Below, piece after piece: positions 1-10,502 of a DNA stretch of 64,000 nt (the first letter of the stretch is position 1; every line of letters starts with the position of its first letter). Location: positions 96,001 through 160,000 of the forward strand of contig CAVTHK010000013.1 of assembly GCA_963734495.1 (NCBI GenBank), given 5' to 3'. The notes under the pieces were generated by a model. The model was not told where the DNA came from. It made no database searches and saw only the letters and a list, made by a program, of their open reading frames with translations. The translations under genes were made by a program, and so were the position numbers. The DNA comes from an uncultured Spirochaetota bacterium. GTDB lineage: Bacteria; Spirochaetota; Spirochaetia; SZUA-6; CAVTHK01.

Positions 1-991
1 GAGGCGCGCGCCCCTCGTCGACTACGGCATCCTCATCCCGGTCGCCCCCGGAAAGACCGACCGCATCCTCGCGGCGCTTCGTGCGAACCCCCTGCTCGGG
101 CCGCGCGAGCCCGAGTGGCACCTGCAACGGGACGGCACGACAATGGGGCGCGAGGACCTGTTGCGTGCCCACTCCGAGCGTTACGTCGACGAGCTCACCT
201 CGGCGGGCCTCGAGCGCGCGATCATCCGTGCCTACGAGCTCGAGGACGAGCAGGGGCGGCCGCACCGCTACGACCCGTCGCGGGCCACCCGGCCGCTCTC
301 CGAGCTGCTCGACGGGGCGCTCGAGAACTCGGCGGGCACATACCAGTGCTGCCGCGAGGCGCTGCGGCACGGCTTCTGCTTCTACCTCGGCGGGGGCGCG
401 CACCACGCCCACCGCGACTTCGGCCACGGCTTCTGCGTGGTCAACGACTCGATGGTCGCCCTGCGGCGCCTGCAGGCCGAAGGCGTCGTGCGGCGCGCGT
501 GGATCATCGACGTGGACGCCCACAAGGGCGACGGCACCGCGGAGATCGCGAGCGGCGACCCGTCGATCGTGACGTTGAGCGTGCACATGGCCCGCGGATG
601 GCCGCTGGACGGGCCGGAGCGCGACGCGCTCGGCAGGCTCAACCCTTCCTTCATCCCGAGCGACATCGACGTCGGCATCGAAGCCGGCGAAGAGGCGAGC
701 TATCTCCCCCGTCTCGACGCGGCGCTGCGCTCGCTCGAATCCGGCGCCCGGCCCGACCTGGCGCTCGTTCTCGCGGGCGCCGACGCCTACGAGAAGGACG
801 AGCTCCCCTCGGCCGCGCTGCTGCGGCTGTCCGCGGACCAGATGCTCGAACGCGACCTGATGATCTACCGGTTCCTGAAGTCCCGCTCGATCCCTCGCGC
901 GTTCCTGATGGCCGGCGGCTACGGGGCGCACGCGTGGGAGGTGTACCCGCCCTTTCTCGAGCGCGCGCTCCTCGATCAGCTCGGGGGCTGA
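1..991 (+). CDS. Zn-dependent histone deacetylase-family (AcuC/AphA-like) amidohydrolase, 5' partial and frameshifted near the start
   Basis: Motifs GGGAHHAHRDFGHGFCVVND, IIDVDAHKGDGT, AGADAYEKD and AGGY in ORF 143..991. Confidence 0.88.
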   Translation, partial: RRAPLVDYGILIPVAPGKTDRILAALRANPLLGPREPEWHLQRDGTTMGREDLLRAHSERYVDELTSAGLERAIIRAYELEDEQGRPHRYDPSRATRPLSELLDGALENSAGTYQCCREALRHGFCFYLGGGAHHAHRDFGHGFCVVNDSMVALRRLQAEGVVRRAWIIDVDAHKGDGTAEIASGDPSIVTLSVHMARGWPLDGPERDALGRLNPSFIPSDIDVGIEAGEEASYLPRLDAALRSLESGARPDLALVLAGADAYEKDELPSAALLRLSADQMLERDLMIYRFLKSRSIPRAFLMAGGYGAHAWEVYPPFLERALLDQLGG

Positions 992-1452
992 GGCCCGGGG
1001 CCGGGCGCGCGGCGGGCCCTGCGCAGCGCGAGCCAGGCGACAGCCGCCAGCGCGGCGGCGCCGATCGCGAGCCCCGCGGCCGCGAGCGGCAGATAGACCG
1101 GACGGAGGACCGCGCGGTGCAGATCGAAGCGGCCGCCGTGGATCGGGGCGTACAGCGCGAAGCGGAGCGCCTCGATCGCCGGCAGCAGCAGAAGCTCGCT
1201 GCCGGTCACGAGGAGGAACGATTCGAGCAGGCGGCCCTTGCGCTGAGCGCGTCCGAGGACTGCGTCCACCGCGATGACGAAAGCGATCTCCGCGATCGCC
1301 AGCGGAATAAGCGACGTGAGCCCCGGCAAAGGCGGCGAGGCCGCCGTAGATCTTGACGACGTCGACCCCGAGCTGGAGGAGCAGGAGGAACGGGAAGATG
1401 GACAGCCCGATCGCGATCGCCGCGAGCAGGAGCCTCGCGATCCGCGCGCTCA
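976..1452 (-). CDS. Hypothetical membrane protein (one frameshift)
   Basis: Hydrophobic N-terminus MSARIARLLLAAIAIGLSIFPFLLLQLG from ATG ~1452 continues into hydrophobic ORF 976..1329. Confidence 0.5.
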
Positions 1453-2325
1453 TGCCGGGCGGCCCTCCCCCTCCGCCGCGGCGCAGGCGGCGGCCAGCCG
1501 GTCGACAAAGGGCCGCGCCTCGCGGCCGACGAGCCTGAGCCAGTTGTCCCGCGACGCGGGGGGCCGGCGCGCGGCGGCGACCAGCGCGTCGTTCGCGACC
1601 ACCCGGTACGGCGGGAGGTCGAGCGTTTCGGCGATCCGCTCCCGGGCGGCGTGGAGCGCCGCGAGCGTGTGCTGCCCGTCTTCGCTGAGAGTGCGGGCGC
1701 CGCGCAGGCGTATCCAGGCGTCCGCGTCCGCCCGGAACTCGCGCTTCTCCAGGGCGCGGCTCTGCTCCTGCGCCTTGACGAGCCGGTCGCGCGCCGCGAG
1801 CGACTCGCGCATGCGCTGCCAGGCGGCCAGCAGGTGCCGCACGTCCTCGGCCGCGTAGTCGAGCTGCGCCGGGGACAGCGGCCGGCGGTTCCAGTCCGAG
1901 CGCTGGAGGACTTCCTTCTTCTCCATGGTTCTGCCCAGGGTGGTCTCGATGATCCGGCCGAGGCCCGGCGTGCCCTGGCCCAGCAGCCGGGACCCGACCT
2001 GCAGGTCGAAGATGCCGCGCAGAGCGATCCCCTGCGCGCGCTTGATCAGCTTGACGTCCTCGTCCGCGGAGCACATCACCTTGGTCACCCGCTCGTCCTC
2101 GAGGACGGGCGCGAGCGGCGCGAGCGAGCCCAGCCTCACCGGGTCGACGAGATGCACGGCGTCGCCGTCGGCGATCTGTACCAGGCAGAGGTGGATCCCG
2201 TACCGGTGCAGGTTGTACTCGCCCTCGAAATCCACGCCGATCGCGTCGAGGCCGCGGAGGCGGCGGGCGAGGGCGTCGAGATCGGCCTGCCGGTCCACGA
2301 GCCTGAAATCGCTCCGGTCGCTCAC
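1450..2325 (-). CDS. rnd: Ribonuclease D (DEDDy 3'-5' exonuclease plus HRDC domain)
   Basis: IGVDFEGEYNLHRYGIHLCLVQI, IFDLQVG, SDWNRRPLSPAQLDYAAEDV; HRDC-like RERIAETLDLPPYRVVAN; GTG start overlaps the upstream TGA. Confidence 0.88.
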   Translation of the reverse strand: MSDRSDFRLVDRQADLDALARRLRGLDAIGVDFEGEYNLHRYGIHLCLVQIADGDAVHLVDPVRLGSLAPLAPVLEDERVTKVMCSADEDVKLIKRAQGIALRGIFDLQVGSRLLGQGTPGLGRIIETTLGRTMEKKEVLQRSDWNRRPLSPAQLDYAAEDVRHLLAAWQRMRESLAARDRLVKAQEQSRALEKREFRADADAWIRLRGARTLSEDGQHTLAALHAARERIAETLDLPPYRVVANDALVAAARRPPASRDNWLRLVGREARPFVDRLAAACAAAEGEGRPA

Positions 2326-3116
2326 GCGAGCAGCCTCGCCTCGAGCACCGTCACCGCGCGGCCGCCGAGAACCACGCGGTCGCCCGCCGGGCGGCAGTGC
2401 ACCGTCCCGCCGCGGGCCGAGGCCTGCCAGCCGATGAGGCTCTTCTTCCGGAGCTTCGCGGACCAGTAGGGGGCCAGGTAGCAGTGCGCCACGCCGGTCA
2501 CCGGGTCCTCGTCTATCCCGACGGCGGGAGCGAAGAAGCGCGAGACAAAGTCGTGCGCGCCGCCGCGCGCGGTCACCAGCGCGGTTCCCGTGCCCGAGCG
2601 CGCGAGCAGCCTGAAGTCCGGCGCGAGAGCCTCGACCTGCTCCTTCGACGCGAGCTCGAGAAAGGTCAGCGCGTCGTCGGTGCCGCTGAACAGCGGCTCG
2701 GGAGGCTCGCGTCCGGGCGCCAGCGCCTCGAGCACCCCGGCCGGCGGCGGGGCCGGCTCGACGGCGTGCGCCGGGAAGTCCATCTCGATCAGGTCGCCCG
2801 CGCGCCTGGCGCGCAGCAACCCGCTCAGCGTGTGGAACTCGGCGGCCTGCGCCGGCTCGAGCACCCCCGCCTCCCACAGAACGTGCGCGGTCGCGAGCGT
2901 CGCGTGGCCGCACAGCTCGACTTCGCAGGTGGGGGTGAACCAGCGCAGCGAGAAGCCGGAATCGACCCTGCGGGCAAAGGCCGTCTCCGAGACGTTCATC
3001 TCCGCGGCGACGCTCTGCATCCAGGCGTCCGGCTTCTCGTCCTCGAGCAGGCAGACGCCCGCAGGGTTGCCGGTGAACGGGCGGTCGGCAAACGCATCGA
3101 CCTGGTAGATCTTCAT
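2322..3116 (-). CDS. PhzF-family isomerase/epimerase
   Basis: YQVDAFADRPFTGNPAGV, SETAF, LRWFTPTCEVELCGHATLA, EDPVTGVAHC. Confidence 0.92.
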   Translation of the reverse strand: MKIYQVDAFADRPFTGNPAGVCLLEDEKPDAWMQSVAAEMNVSETAFARRVDSGFSLRWFTPTCEVELCGHATLATAHVLWEAGVLEPAQAAEFHTLSGLLRARRAGDLIEMDFPAHAVEPAPPPAGVLEALAPGREPPEPLFSGTDDALTFLELASKEQVEALAPDFRLLARSGTGTALVTARGGAHDFVSRFFAPAVGIDEDPVTGVAHCYLAPYWSAKLRKKSLIGWQASARGGTVHCRPAGDRVVLGGRAVTVLEARLLA

Positions 3117-3700
3117 GAGGCTCTCTCTTCCGAAAGGTGGCTGACGTCGTTCATGGTCAGGGCGGATAGCCTTCCGTCCTCGCCTTCGAAGACGAAGACG
3201 CCCGCGTTGCTCATCTCGACCGTGGCTTTGGCCTCCGCGAGGGTCCTCCCCGTGATCGCGGCCACGATGGCGTAGTTGATGCCGCCATGGCCCGACAGCA
3301 GGACGGTCTGGCCAGGGTGCTTTTCGCGCACGAGACGCAGCACGCGCCTGGCCCTTTCCAGCATCTGCTCGTCTTTCTCCACCTCCTCGGCGTCGGTGAG
3401 CCGGGACCGATCCAGGTCGCTGCCGCTGCACCCCTGGTAGCGGCCGAGGAAGCGCTCGCGCAGATCGGGGCACCAGGTCACCCGGACGCCCGGATGGCGG
3501 CGCATGATCGCCTCGGTGGTGTCGCGCGCCCGCGCGAGGTCGCTGGAGTACGCCGCGTCGATCGGCTCCCGGGCGAGACGCGCGGCGAGCCGCTCCACCT
3601 GCTCGCGGCCCCGCGCGGACAGCCGGCCCGGCAGGTGGCCCTGGATGATGCCCGCGGCGTTCTCTTCGGTCTCGCCGTGCCGGACGAGGATGATTCTCAT
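3113..3700 (-). CDS. Histidine phosphatase (phosphoglycerate mutase family)
   Basis: LVRHGET, YSSDLARARDT, LRERFLG, SGHGG. Confidence 0.9.
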   Translation of the reverse strand: MRIILVRHGETEENAAGIIQGHLPGRLSARGREQVERLAARLAREPIDAAYSSDLARARDTTEAIMRRHPGVRVTWCPDLRERFLGRYQGCSGSDLDRSRLTDAEEVEKDEQMLERARRVLRLVREKHPGQTVLLSGHGGINYAIVAAITGRTLAEAKATVEMSNAGVFVFEGEDGRLSALTMNDVSHLSEERAS

Positions 3701-3853
3701 CGTTGCTTTCCGGCGCCAACATAGCGTCACGCCCCTCATGGGTCAAGGACAGGCCCCGCGAGGGATGCGTGCCGCGCGGGATGTAGCAACGGGGCCTCTT
3801 TCCCTGTATAACGGGGACGCGCGCGGTGCGCGGAATCGGAGAGAGCGGGCGGC

Positions 3854-4519
3854 ATGAAGGCCTTCATCGTCATTTTCTCCCTGTCGTTCGTCGTCGCGCT
3901 GAGCGGCGCGATGGCTCCCGGCCCGCTGCTGACCTACACGATCGTGAGGTCCGCGCAGGCCCGCAGGCGGGGGTTCCTCGTCGGTGCGTGGGTCATCCTC
4001 GGCCATGCGCTGCTGGAATCGGCCCTCATCGTGGCCCTGCTTCTGGGTCTCGCCGCGCTGCTGCGGAGCGGGATCGCGGTCCGCCTGATCGGCGCGTTCG
4101 GCGGCTCGTTCCTCGTCGTCATGGGGTTGAGCCTCCTCCGGCAGGTCGTGCGCGGCCGCATCGCGCCTCCCGGAGCCGATCCCACCGCAGAGGCCATCCG
4201 TCCCGCCAACCCGGTGCTGGCCGGCGTGCTCGTGTCGATGAGCAACCCCTACTGGTGGGTCTGGTGGGCGTCGGTGGGTTTTGCTTTCATGGCGCAGTAC
4301 GACATCTCCTTCGCCAGGTGGCCGCTGCTGATCGCGTTCTTCGCGGGCCACGAGGCGGGGGACCTGCTGTGGTACTTCACCGTGTCCGTTCTCGTGTCGA
4401 TGGGGCGCTCCCGCCTCACGGGGCGGGTCTACCAGGCGGTCCTCGCCGCCTGCGCGCTCGTCATCGTCGGCTTCGGCGTCTTTCTCGGAGTCTCGTCCTT
4501 CCTCTACAGGGCGGCGTGA
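3854..4519 (+). CDS. LysE-family transporter
   Basis: SGAMAPGPL, GHALLE, SNPYWWVWW; multiple TM helices. Confidence 0.85.
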   Translation: MKAFIVIFSLSFVVALSGAMAPGPLLTYTIVRSAQARRRGFLVGAWVILGHALLESALIVALLLGLAALLRSGIAVRLIGAFGGSFLVVMGLSLLRQVVRGRIAPPGADPTAEAIRPANPVLAGVLVSMSNPYWWVWWASVGFAFMAQYDISFARWPLLIAFFAGHEAGDLLWYFTVSVLVSMGRSRLTGRVYQAVLAACALVIVGFGVFLGVSSFLYRAA

Positions 4520-5415
4520 CGGCCGCCGCGTCGGGCCGCGGGCGCGCGCGCAAGGCCCACGACGCCGACGCAGGAGACCAGCACCAGGATGCTGCCCGCG
4601 AGCTCGATCGCGCTCATCGCTTCGGCAAAGAACGCGATCCCGACCACCACGTTGAACAGCGGCGTGAGGAGCCCGAGAAGGGACCCGGCGGTGAGCGACA
4701 CGCGGCCGAAGCCCCAGGTCATGAGGATCTGCGCGGCCGTGGCCGTCAGGCCGATCGCGACCAGCAGCACCCCGCCGCCCCAGCCGACGCCGCCGGCGCC
4801 GCGGACGGCCGGGACGGCCACCAGCCAGAACCCGATGAGGCACTGGGCGAGGAAGATCGCGTAGCTCGAATCGGTGGCGGTCGCCCTCTTGAGGCACACG
4901 AGCGCCGCCCCCGCCGCGACGGCGCCGGCGATCGAGAGGATGGTCCAGGCATCGACGCTTACGGCGCCGCCCTTCGGAGCCACCAATAGCGCCAGCCCGA
5001 CCAGCCCGACCGCCATCAGCACCCAGGCAGAGGCGCTCACGCGGTCCTTGAGGAAGATCACGCCGCCCCCGGCGGCGAAGATCGGGTAGAGGTAGCTGAG
5101 CACCGTGCCCCTTGCCAGGCCGAGCTTGACGACGGACATGTAGAAGAGGAGCACGGATATCCCGCCGAAGAGGCCGCGCAGGAAAAGCACGGAGCTGTTG
5201 GTGAACTCCAGGCGGATGCGGCGGAAGAGCGCCAGTGTCCCGAGCGCCGCCGTGCCCACGGCGAAACGGTAGAACGCGATCGTGAAGAAGTCGATCCGCT
5301 GCGCGAAGCGGATCATGATCGCCATGACGGAGAAGAGGACCGACGACAGCAGGATGGCGCCCACCCCGGCGGCGTAGCCGCTTCGGGCAGGCGCGGCGAC
5401 CGTGGACTGCGGCAT
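4504..5415 (-). CDS. DMT/EamA-family transporter
   Basis: About 10 TM helices; FYRF, LFLRGLFG, YLYPIF, FLKDRV duplicated EamA pattern. Confidence 0.88.
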   Translation of the reverse strand: MPQSTVAAPARSGYAAGVGAILLSSVLFSVMAIMIRFAQRIDFFTIAFYRFAVGTAALGTLALFRRIRLEFTNSSVLFLRGLFGGISVLLFYMSVVKLGLARGTVLSYLYPIFAAGGGVIFLKDRVSASAWVLMAVGLVGLALLVAPKGGAVSVDAWTILSIAGAVAAGAALVCLKRATATDSSYAIFLAQCLIGFWLVAVPAVRGAGGVGWGGGVLLVAIGLTATAAQILMTWGFGRVSLTAGSLLGLLTPLFNVVVGIAFFAEAMSAIELAGSILVLVSCVGVVGLARAPAARRGGRHAAL

Positions 5416-5506
5416 GCGGGAGAGAATAGCGGTTTGAGTCCCCGGTTGGGAAGCGCGCGGTCGGGGCGGGTGCGGAGCCCGCCGGCCTGCCGCGCCGGCG
5501 CGCGAT

Positions 5507-6343
5507 TCAGCCCGCCCGGCGCAGGGCGCTGATGCCCGAAACGATCTGGCTCCAGAGCAGGCCGGAGAAGTCCGTTTCCCCTTCGAGCGTCACGAGGCCG
5601 TCGTAGCCCCACTCATCCGCGATCATTCGCAGGAGCGCCGCGTAATCGATGTGAGTCCCGTTGAGCGTCCACATCCGGTCCACGAGGCTGCCGTGAAGGT
5701 GCACGTCGGCGATCCGGTCCTTGATCCCCCTGAAACGATCGAGCTCGTTGTAGTGATAGGCCCACTTCATGTCGAGGGTGACCCAGTCGAAGGCCGAGAC
5801 CGCTTCGAACGGTGTATAGCCGGGCGTGTAGGTGGGAATGTTCTCGACAGCCGCCTTGACGCCGGTGCCCGACGAAAGACGGACGAGGAGCGCGTGAAGG
5901 CGGGGGTGGTCCACCGCGGCCGACCACGCGTCCCAGAGGTGGAAGACGCACGTTCCCGCGCCGACGCCCTCCGCCGCCTGCAGCGCCCCGCGCACGAGGG
6001 CCTCGCCGCGCTCCACGAGCTCCGGCTGCTCCGAGCAGAGCAGCGGGCCGATGTCCCTGTTCGCGTGGATCGCGAGGATGGGCACGCGGGCGCGATTGAT
6101 GACCTCGACGAGCTGGGGGATGTCGTACTTGCGGCTCGCCTCCCACTCGAACTTGCGGTCGTACTTCGTGTCCTTGTCCACCGGGGCGAAATGCGGGTTC
6201 CACTCCGCCAGCAGCTCCAGCTCGAACCCGTCGACCACCCGCTCGCGCAGCAGGATCTTCATCACGTAGATCGTGGCGCCGAGGTCATAGTACTTGCGGT
6301 GCATGTAGGTGGCCAGAGGAACAGTGCTGATCGAAAAGCGCAT
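5507..6343 (-). CDS. Sugar-phosphate isomerase/epimerase-like (xylose isomerase TIM barrel) protein
   Basis: Metal-binding pattern AIHA...VFH...AVEN...TLD...VHLHG...YDGLVTLE. Confidence 0.7.
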   Translation of the reverse strand: MRFSISTVPLATYMHRKYYDLGATIYVMKILLRERVVDGFELELLAEWNPHFAPVDKDTKYDRKFEWEASRKYDIPQLVEVINRARVPILAIHANRDIGPLLCSEQPELVERGEALVRGALQAAEGVGAGTCVFHLWDAWSAAVDHPRLHALLVRLSSGTGVKAAVENIPTYTPGYTPFEAVSAFDWVTLDMKWAYHYNELDRFRGIKDRIADVHLHGSLVDRMWTLNGTHIDYAALLRMIADEWGYDGLVTLEGETDFSGLLWSQIVSGISALRRAG

Positions 6344-6382
6344 CGTCGGCTCTCCCGGGGATTGCCGCCCGCGAATCTCAGG

Positions 6383-7045
6383 TCAAAGGCGCCTGGCGGT
6401 CACGCTCCCATCCCGCCTCACTACACTTCTCGGCGGAACGACACCTCCCACGTTAACGAGCGGGTGCACCAGGCTCTGGCGTCCGATCACGGTGCCGGGG
6501 TTCACGACCGAGTTGCAGCCGACCTCCACGAAGTCTCCGAGGATCGCCCCGAACTTCCGCAGGCCCGTCTCCAGCGGACCTCCCTCGTCCAGGACGCGCA
6601 CCGTACGGCCGTCGAGACGCACATTGGACAGGATGGCGCCGGCCCCGAGGTGGCTGCGGAACCCGAGAACGGAGTCGCCGACGTAGTTGAAATGATTCAC
6701 CTCGACTCCGTCGAAAAGGATCGCGTTCTTGATCTCGGTGGAGTTGCCGACCACGCAGCCGTCGCCGATGATCGCGATCCCGCGCAGCAGGGCCCCGTGA
6801 CGGATCTCGCACCGTGCGCCGATGATCGCAGGCCCCCTGATGAGGGCCGACGGCTCGATCCGCGTCTCCGGTCCGACCCAGACTCCGGGGAGCTTCTCGA
6901 CGAAGCCGGCGGGGAGCTCTCGAACGACCTCCGCGATCACGTCGGCGATGCGCGGGAGGATCTCCCACGGATACGCCAGCGGCTCGAGAAACGGGCCCGC
7001 GAGCGAGCGCTCGAGATCGAAGAGGCCGGCGGCCGGAAATCTCAC
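6383..7045 (-). CDS. GlmU C-terminal-like left-handed beta-helix acyltransferase
   Basis: Hexapeptide repeats; GNSTEIKNAILF, HFNYVGDSVLG, GLRKFGAILGD, GCNSVVNPGT; no nucleotidyltransferase domain. Confidence 0.85.
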   Translation of the reverse strand: MRFPAAGLFDLERSLAGPFLEPLAYPWEILPRIADVIAEVVRELPAGFVEKLPGVWVGPETRIEPSALIRGPAIIGARCEIRHGALLRGIAIIGDGCVVGNSTEIKNAILFDGVEVNHFNYVGDSVLGFRSHLGAGAILSNVRLDGRTVRVLDEGGPLETGLRKFGAILGDFVEVGCNSVVNPGTVIGRQSLVHPLVNVGGVVPPRSVVRRDGSVTARRL

Positions 7046-7147
7046 GCCCTCACCCTTTCACCCTAATCTAAGCGAGGCAGGGCCGGGGTTCAACGGGCGC
7101 AAGAGGCGCCAGGGGCGCCCTGCGGAGCCTTGCGGCGTTGGGACTAT

Positions 7148-8107
7148 TCAGCCGCGGTTCTTCCTGGCCGCGACGACCTGGCCCGCGGCCTCGGCGATGC
7201 GCGCGGCGGACATCCCGTACTTGCCGAGCACCTCCCGGTAGCCGCCGCATTCGGCAAACGTGTCCTGGAGGCCGAGGTTCTCGAACGGCACCGGCCTGTT
7301 CTTGAGGCACCACGCCGCCAGCTCGTATCCGAGCCCGTTGCGGGCCTGGTGGTTCTCCGCCACGACCAGGGCGCCCGTCCTGTCGAGCGACTCGGCGAGC
7401 GCCTCGCGGTCCCACGGCTTGACGCTGTAGAAGTCGAGCACGTCCGCCTGCACGCCCGATCCGGCGAGGGTCTCGGCGGCTTCGAGGGCCTGGAACACCA
7501 CGTCGCCGTACGCGACGACGGTCACGTCCGACCCCTCCCGCAGCCGCTTGCTGCCGCCCAGGACGAACCGCTCGTCGGCCCCGTACAGCTCGAACAGCGG
7601 GTCCCTCATCAGACGGACGTACACCGGCCCGGGCGTCTCCATCGCGACGTCGAACAACCCGTGCGCCGACCGCGTGTCCGCCGGCGCGAGCAGCTTCATG
7701 TTCGGCAGGGTCGTCATGAAGGCGACGTCCTCGGTGGCCTGGTGGCTCACGCCGTCGATCGCGGCTGTGACTCCGGCGTGAGACGAAAGCAGCTTCACAT
7801 CCAGGTTGGGGTAGCAGATCATCGACCGCACGCTCTCCAGGGCGCGCATGGTGAGGAACACCCCGTACCCGCACACGACGACCTTGCGGCCGCAGGACGC
7901 CATGCCGGCCGCGGCCGAGAGCGCGGCGAGCTCCGCGATGCCCATGTTGAGGTAGCGATCGGGATACCGCTCGGCGAACAGGTAGGCGGAGGTCGCGTAC
8001 CCGAGGTCCATGTCGACCACGACGAAGTCGCCGTCGACCCGGCCGTACTCGAGCATGCGGTCCGTGCACGCCTGCCTTGTCGGCGCCTTTGCCTTGGGAA
8101 GGTTCAT
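7148..8107 (-). CDS. Transketolase C-terminal (pyrimidine-binding) subunit
   Basis: YPDRYLNMGIAE, DGVSHQATED, GPVYVRL, VVAENH. Confidence 0.9.
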   Translation of the reverse strand: MNLPKAKAPTRQACTDRMLEYGRVDGDFVVVDMDLGYATSAYLFAERYPDRYLNMGIAELAALSAAAGMASCGRKVVVCGYGVFLTMRALESVRSMICYPNLDVKLLSSHAGVTAAIDGVSHQATEDVAFMTTLPNMKLLAPADTRSAHGLFDVAMETPGPVYVRLMRDPLFELYGADERFVLGGSKRLREGSDVTVVAYGDVVFQALEAAETLAGSGVQADVLDFYSVKPWDREALAESLDRTGALVVAENHQARNGLGYELAAWCLKNRPVPFENLGLQDTFAECGGYREVLGKYGMSAARIAEAAGQVVAARKNRG

Positions 8108-8942
8108 CGCAGCCCCCTTCCGATCTCGGCGACGGCCCGCTCGTACTGGGCATCGTCGGGCGCGAGGCCGTGCCACTCCCGCTTGCTCTCCATGAAGGAC
8201 ACCCCGCGGCCCTTGACCGTGCGGGCGATGATGCAGGTCGGTCCTCCCGTGTGCGCCTGTGCGGCCTCGATCGTGCTCACGATCCCGCGCCATGTCGTGG
8301 CCGTCCATCTCGAGGACGTTCCAGTGGAAGGCCCGCCACTTGTCCGCGATGGGCTCCATCGGCATGATGACGCTGGTCTCGCCGTCGTTCTGCAGGCGGT
8401 TCGCGTCCACGATCGCAGTGAGACGCTCGAGGCCGTACTTGTTCGCCGCGGATGCGGCCTCCCAGACGATGCCTTCGTTGAGCTCGCCGTCGCCGACGAG
8501 GGCGTAGGTGCGGTAGTCCCTGCCGCGCATCCTGCCGTCGAGCGCCATGCCGACGGCGGCCGCCAGGCCGTGGCCCAGCGACCCGGTGCTCATGTCGACG
8601 CCGGGTGTCTTCATGATCGGGTGGCCCTGGAGGATGCTCTCGAACCGGCGCAGCGTCCCGAGGGTCTTCCAGCGGGAAATAGCCCCGCAGCGCGAGACAG
8701 GCGTACAGCGCGGGGCACGCGTGCCCCTTGGAGAGGACGAAGCGGTCCCGGTCCGGCCACCGCGGCTCGGCCGGCCTGAGCCTGAGAACATCGAAGTAGA
8801 GCGCCGTCATCACGTCGGCGGCGGACAGCGAGCCCCCCGGGTGTCCGCTTCGGGCCGTGTGGATCATGTCCACGATGTGGAACCGGACTTCCCTGGCCTT
8901 CGCCTCGAGCATCCGGATCCTCTCGCCGTCACCGTGCGCCAT
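8104..8942 (-). CDS. Transketolase N-terminal (TPP-binding) subunit, frameshifted
   Basis: SGHPGGSLS, DRDRFVLSKGHACPALY, STGSLGHGL, GDGELNEG, DGHD spread across three frames. Confidence 0.9.
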
Positions 8943-8982
8943 CGATGCCCCCCCGCGAGCCCCCGCGCCCGCCGCGGCTGGA

Positions 8983-9023
8983 TTGCATGCAAAATCGTAT
9001 TTGTGAATGGTCCGTCCTGTCAA
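8983..9023 (-). promoter_or_regulatory. Sigma70-type promoter of the transketolase genes with a palindromic operator
   Basis: Minus strand TTGACA (9023-9018)-18 nt-TACGAT (8999-8994), followed by the perfect palindrome TTGCATGCAA (8983-8992). Confidence 0.6.
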
Positions 9024-9137
9024 CCGGGTGTTCCAGCCCGCATGGCCGCGCGTGGAAGCGCGTGCCCGGGCCGCCCGGCGAGCCCGCCAGCCCCGAGGCC
9101 GCCGCGGGCCAGGGGCGCCGGAGCCGGCGCCGCGCGC

Positions 9138-9615
9138 TCATCCGACAAAGCTCTCCTGACCCGGGTAGCCCAGCCGTTTCCGGGCCGAGAGACGGAGGGT
9201 ACGTGAAGTAGGTCACCCGGCCCTCCGTGCACAGCTTCCCGGCGCCGTCGGTGAGGACGACGCGCACCGTCACGAGGTGATCGTCGGTGCCGGCAAGGGA
9301 GGCGCGCAGCGTCACTTCGCCTTTGGCCGTGAGCACCGGCCGCTTGAAGTCGACCTCGACCCGCGCCGTCGCCCCCGCGGTCCCGCGGTTCACGAAGATC
9401 CACCAGCTCGCGATCTCGTCCATCAGGACGCCGTCTGCACGCCGCCGTGCAGGACGCCGCTGTAGCCTTCGAGCTCCAGCCCGCGGCTGCCAGCGGCACA
9501 CCACCTCGTCGCCGTCCTGGAAGAAGCGCATCCGCAGGCCGAAGGGGTGGTCCGGGCTGCAGGCGAAGCAGTGGTAAGTCTCGCGGCCGACATAGGGGTT
9601 GGCGATCGGTTTCAT
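9138..9615 (-). CDS. PaaI-family (hotdog fold) thioesterase, frameshifted
   Basis: CFACSPDHPFGLRMRF, (LHGG)..LMDEI, TARVEVDFKRPV. Confidence 0.8.
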
Positions 9616-9683
9616 CGGCTGAACTTACACCACATCGGGCTTTGAGGCCCAGGCAGCCGAGCCGCGGGAGCCCGGCGCCCCGC

Positions 9684-10484
9684 TCAGCGGTCTGCGGGCG
9701 GCCGCAGCGCGCGCCAGCGATCCAGATAGCGCTGGAAGTGCGGCCGCGCCTCGACCCCGGCGACCAGGAAGCGCTCGAGATTCTGCTGCTCGCGATCGTA
9801 CTCGTCGCCGCTCAGCTGCCCCTCGAAGTGCGCCCAGCGAAGCCAGACCAGGTACGTCGTGATCGCGTCCATCTCGTTGTAGGCCATGATCTCCGCGTGC
9901 CTGCCCGCGAGCCAGAGATCCGCGACGTCACCGCCGTGCGTGCCGATCTTTCCGGGTACGCCGCAGGCGGTCGCGAGCTCGTCGAGCGAAGGCGTGCTCC
10001 GGCCTCCCCAACCGAGGGCGGCTATCAGGTCGACGTGCAGCGCGGTCTTCCACCCGAGGTATTCGAGGCGCTGGAACTCGGCCGCGGACAGGCCGTGCGC
10101 GACCCCGCGCTGGATCAGGATCGGCAGGTCCGCGTGCCGCGAGTTGAAGCCCACGAGGCAGGGCCGCTCGCGGCCCGCCGTGCCGAGAAACTCCGCGAGC
10201 AGCTCGGCCTCCGAGAGCCGCTCCGCGGACAGCGACACCATGGAAAGCTCGGCGCTTTCGCCGGAGCCGATCCTCCGCAGGACGGCGAGCGAAACGACCC
10301 GGCACAGCACGGTCTTGAGGTAAGGCCGCGGGTTCTCGTCGCTCGCGCCGCCGCGGCGCCACATCTCTTCGAAGACCGCGGCGTCGGGCATCTGCGGGGC
10401 GAGGCCGTAGAGTCGCCGCCCGAGCTCGGCATCGGGGACCCATTCCGCATCGAAGGCCCAGATCTTGTCACGGAGAGCGGCCAT
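9684..10484 (-). CDS. Predicted 3'-5' exonuclease related to the PolB exonuclease domain
   Basis: [42 protein letters not shown]. Confidence 0.82.
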   Translation of the reverse strand: MAALRDKIWAFDAEWVPDAELGRRLYGLAPQMPDAAVFEEMWRRGGASDENPRPYLKTVLCRVVSLAVLRRIGSGESAELSMVSLSAERLSEAELLAEFLGTAGRERPCLVGFNSRHADLPILIQRGVAHGLSAAEFQRLEYLGWKTALHVDLIAALGWGGRSTPSLDELATACGVPGKIGTHGGDVADLWLAGRHAEIMAYNEMDAITTYLVWLRWAHFEGQLSGDEYDREQQNLERFLVAGVEARPHFQRYLDRWRALRPPADR

Positions 10485-10502
10485 CTGATCGCGCCTCCCG
10501 GG

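Noticed and set aside
7148-8791. Single fused 547-aa transketolase ORF
   Set aside because: An artefact of frameshifts. The second subunit has its own ATG (8107) overlapping the likely stop of the first.
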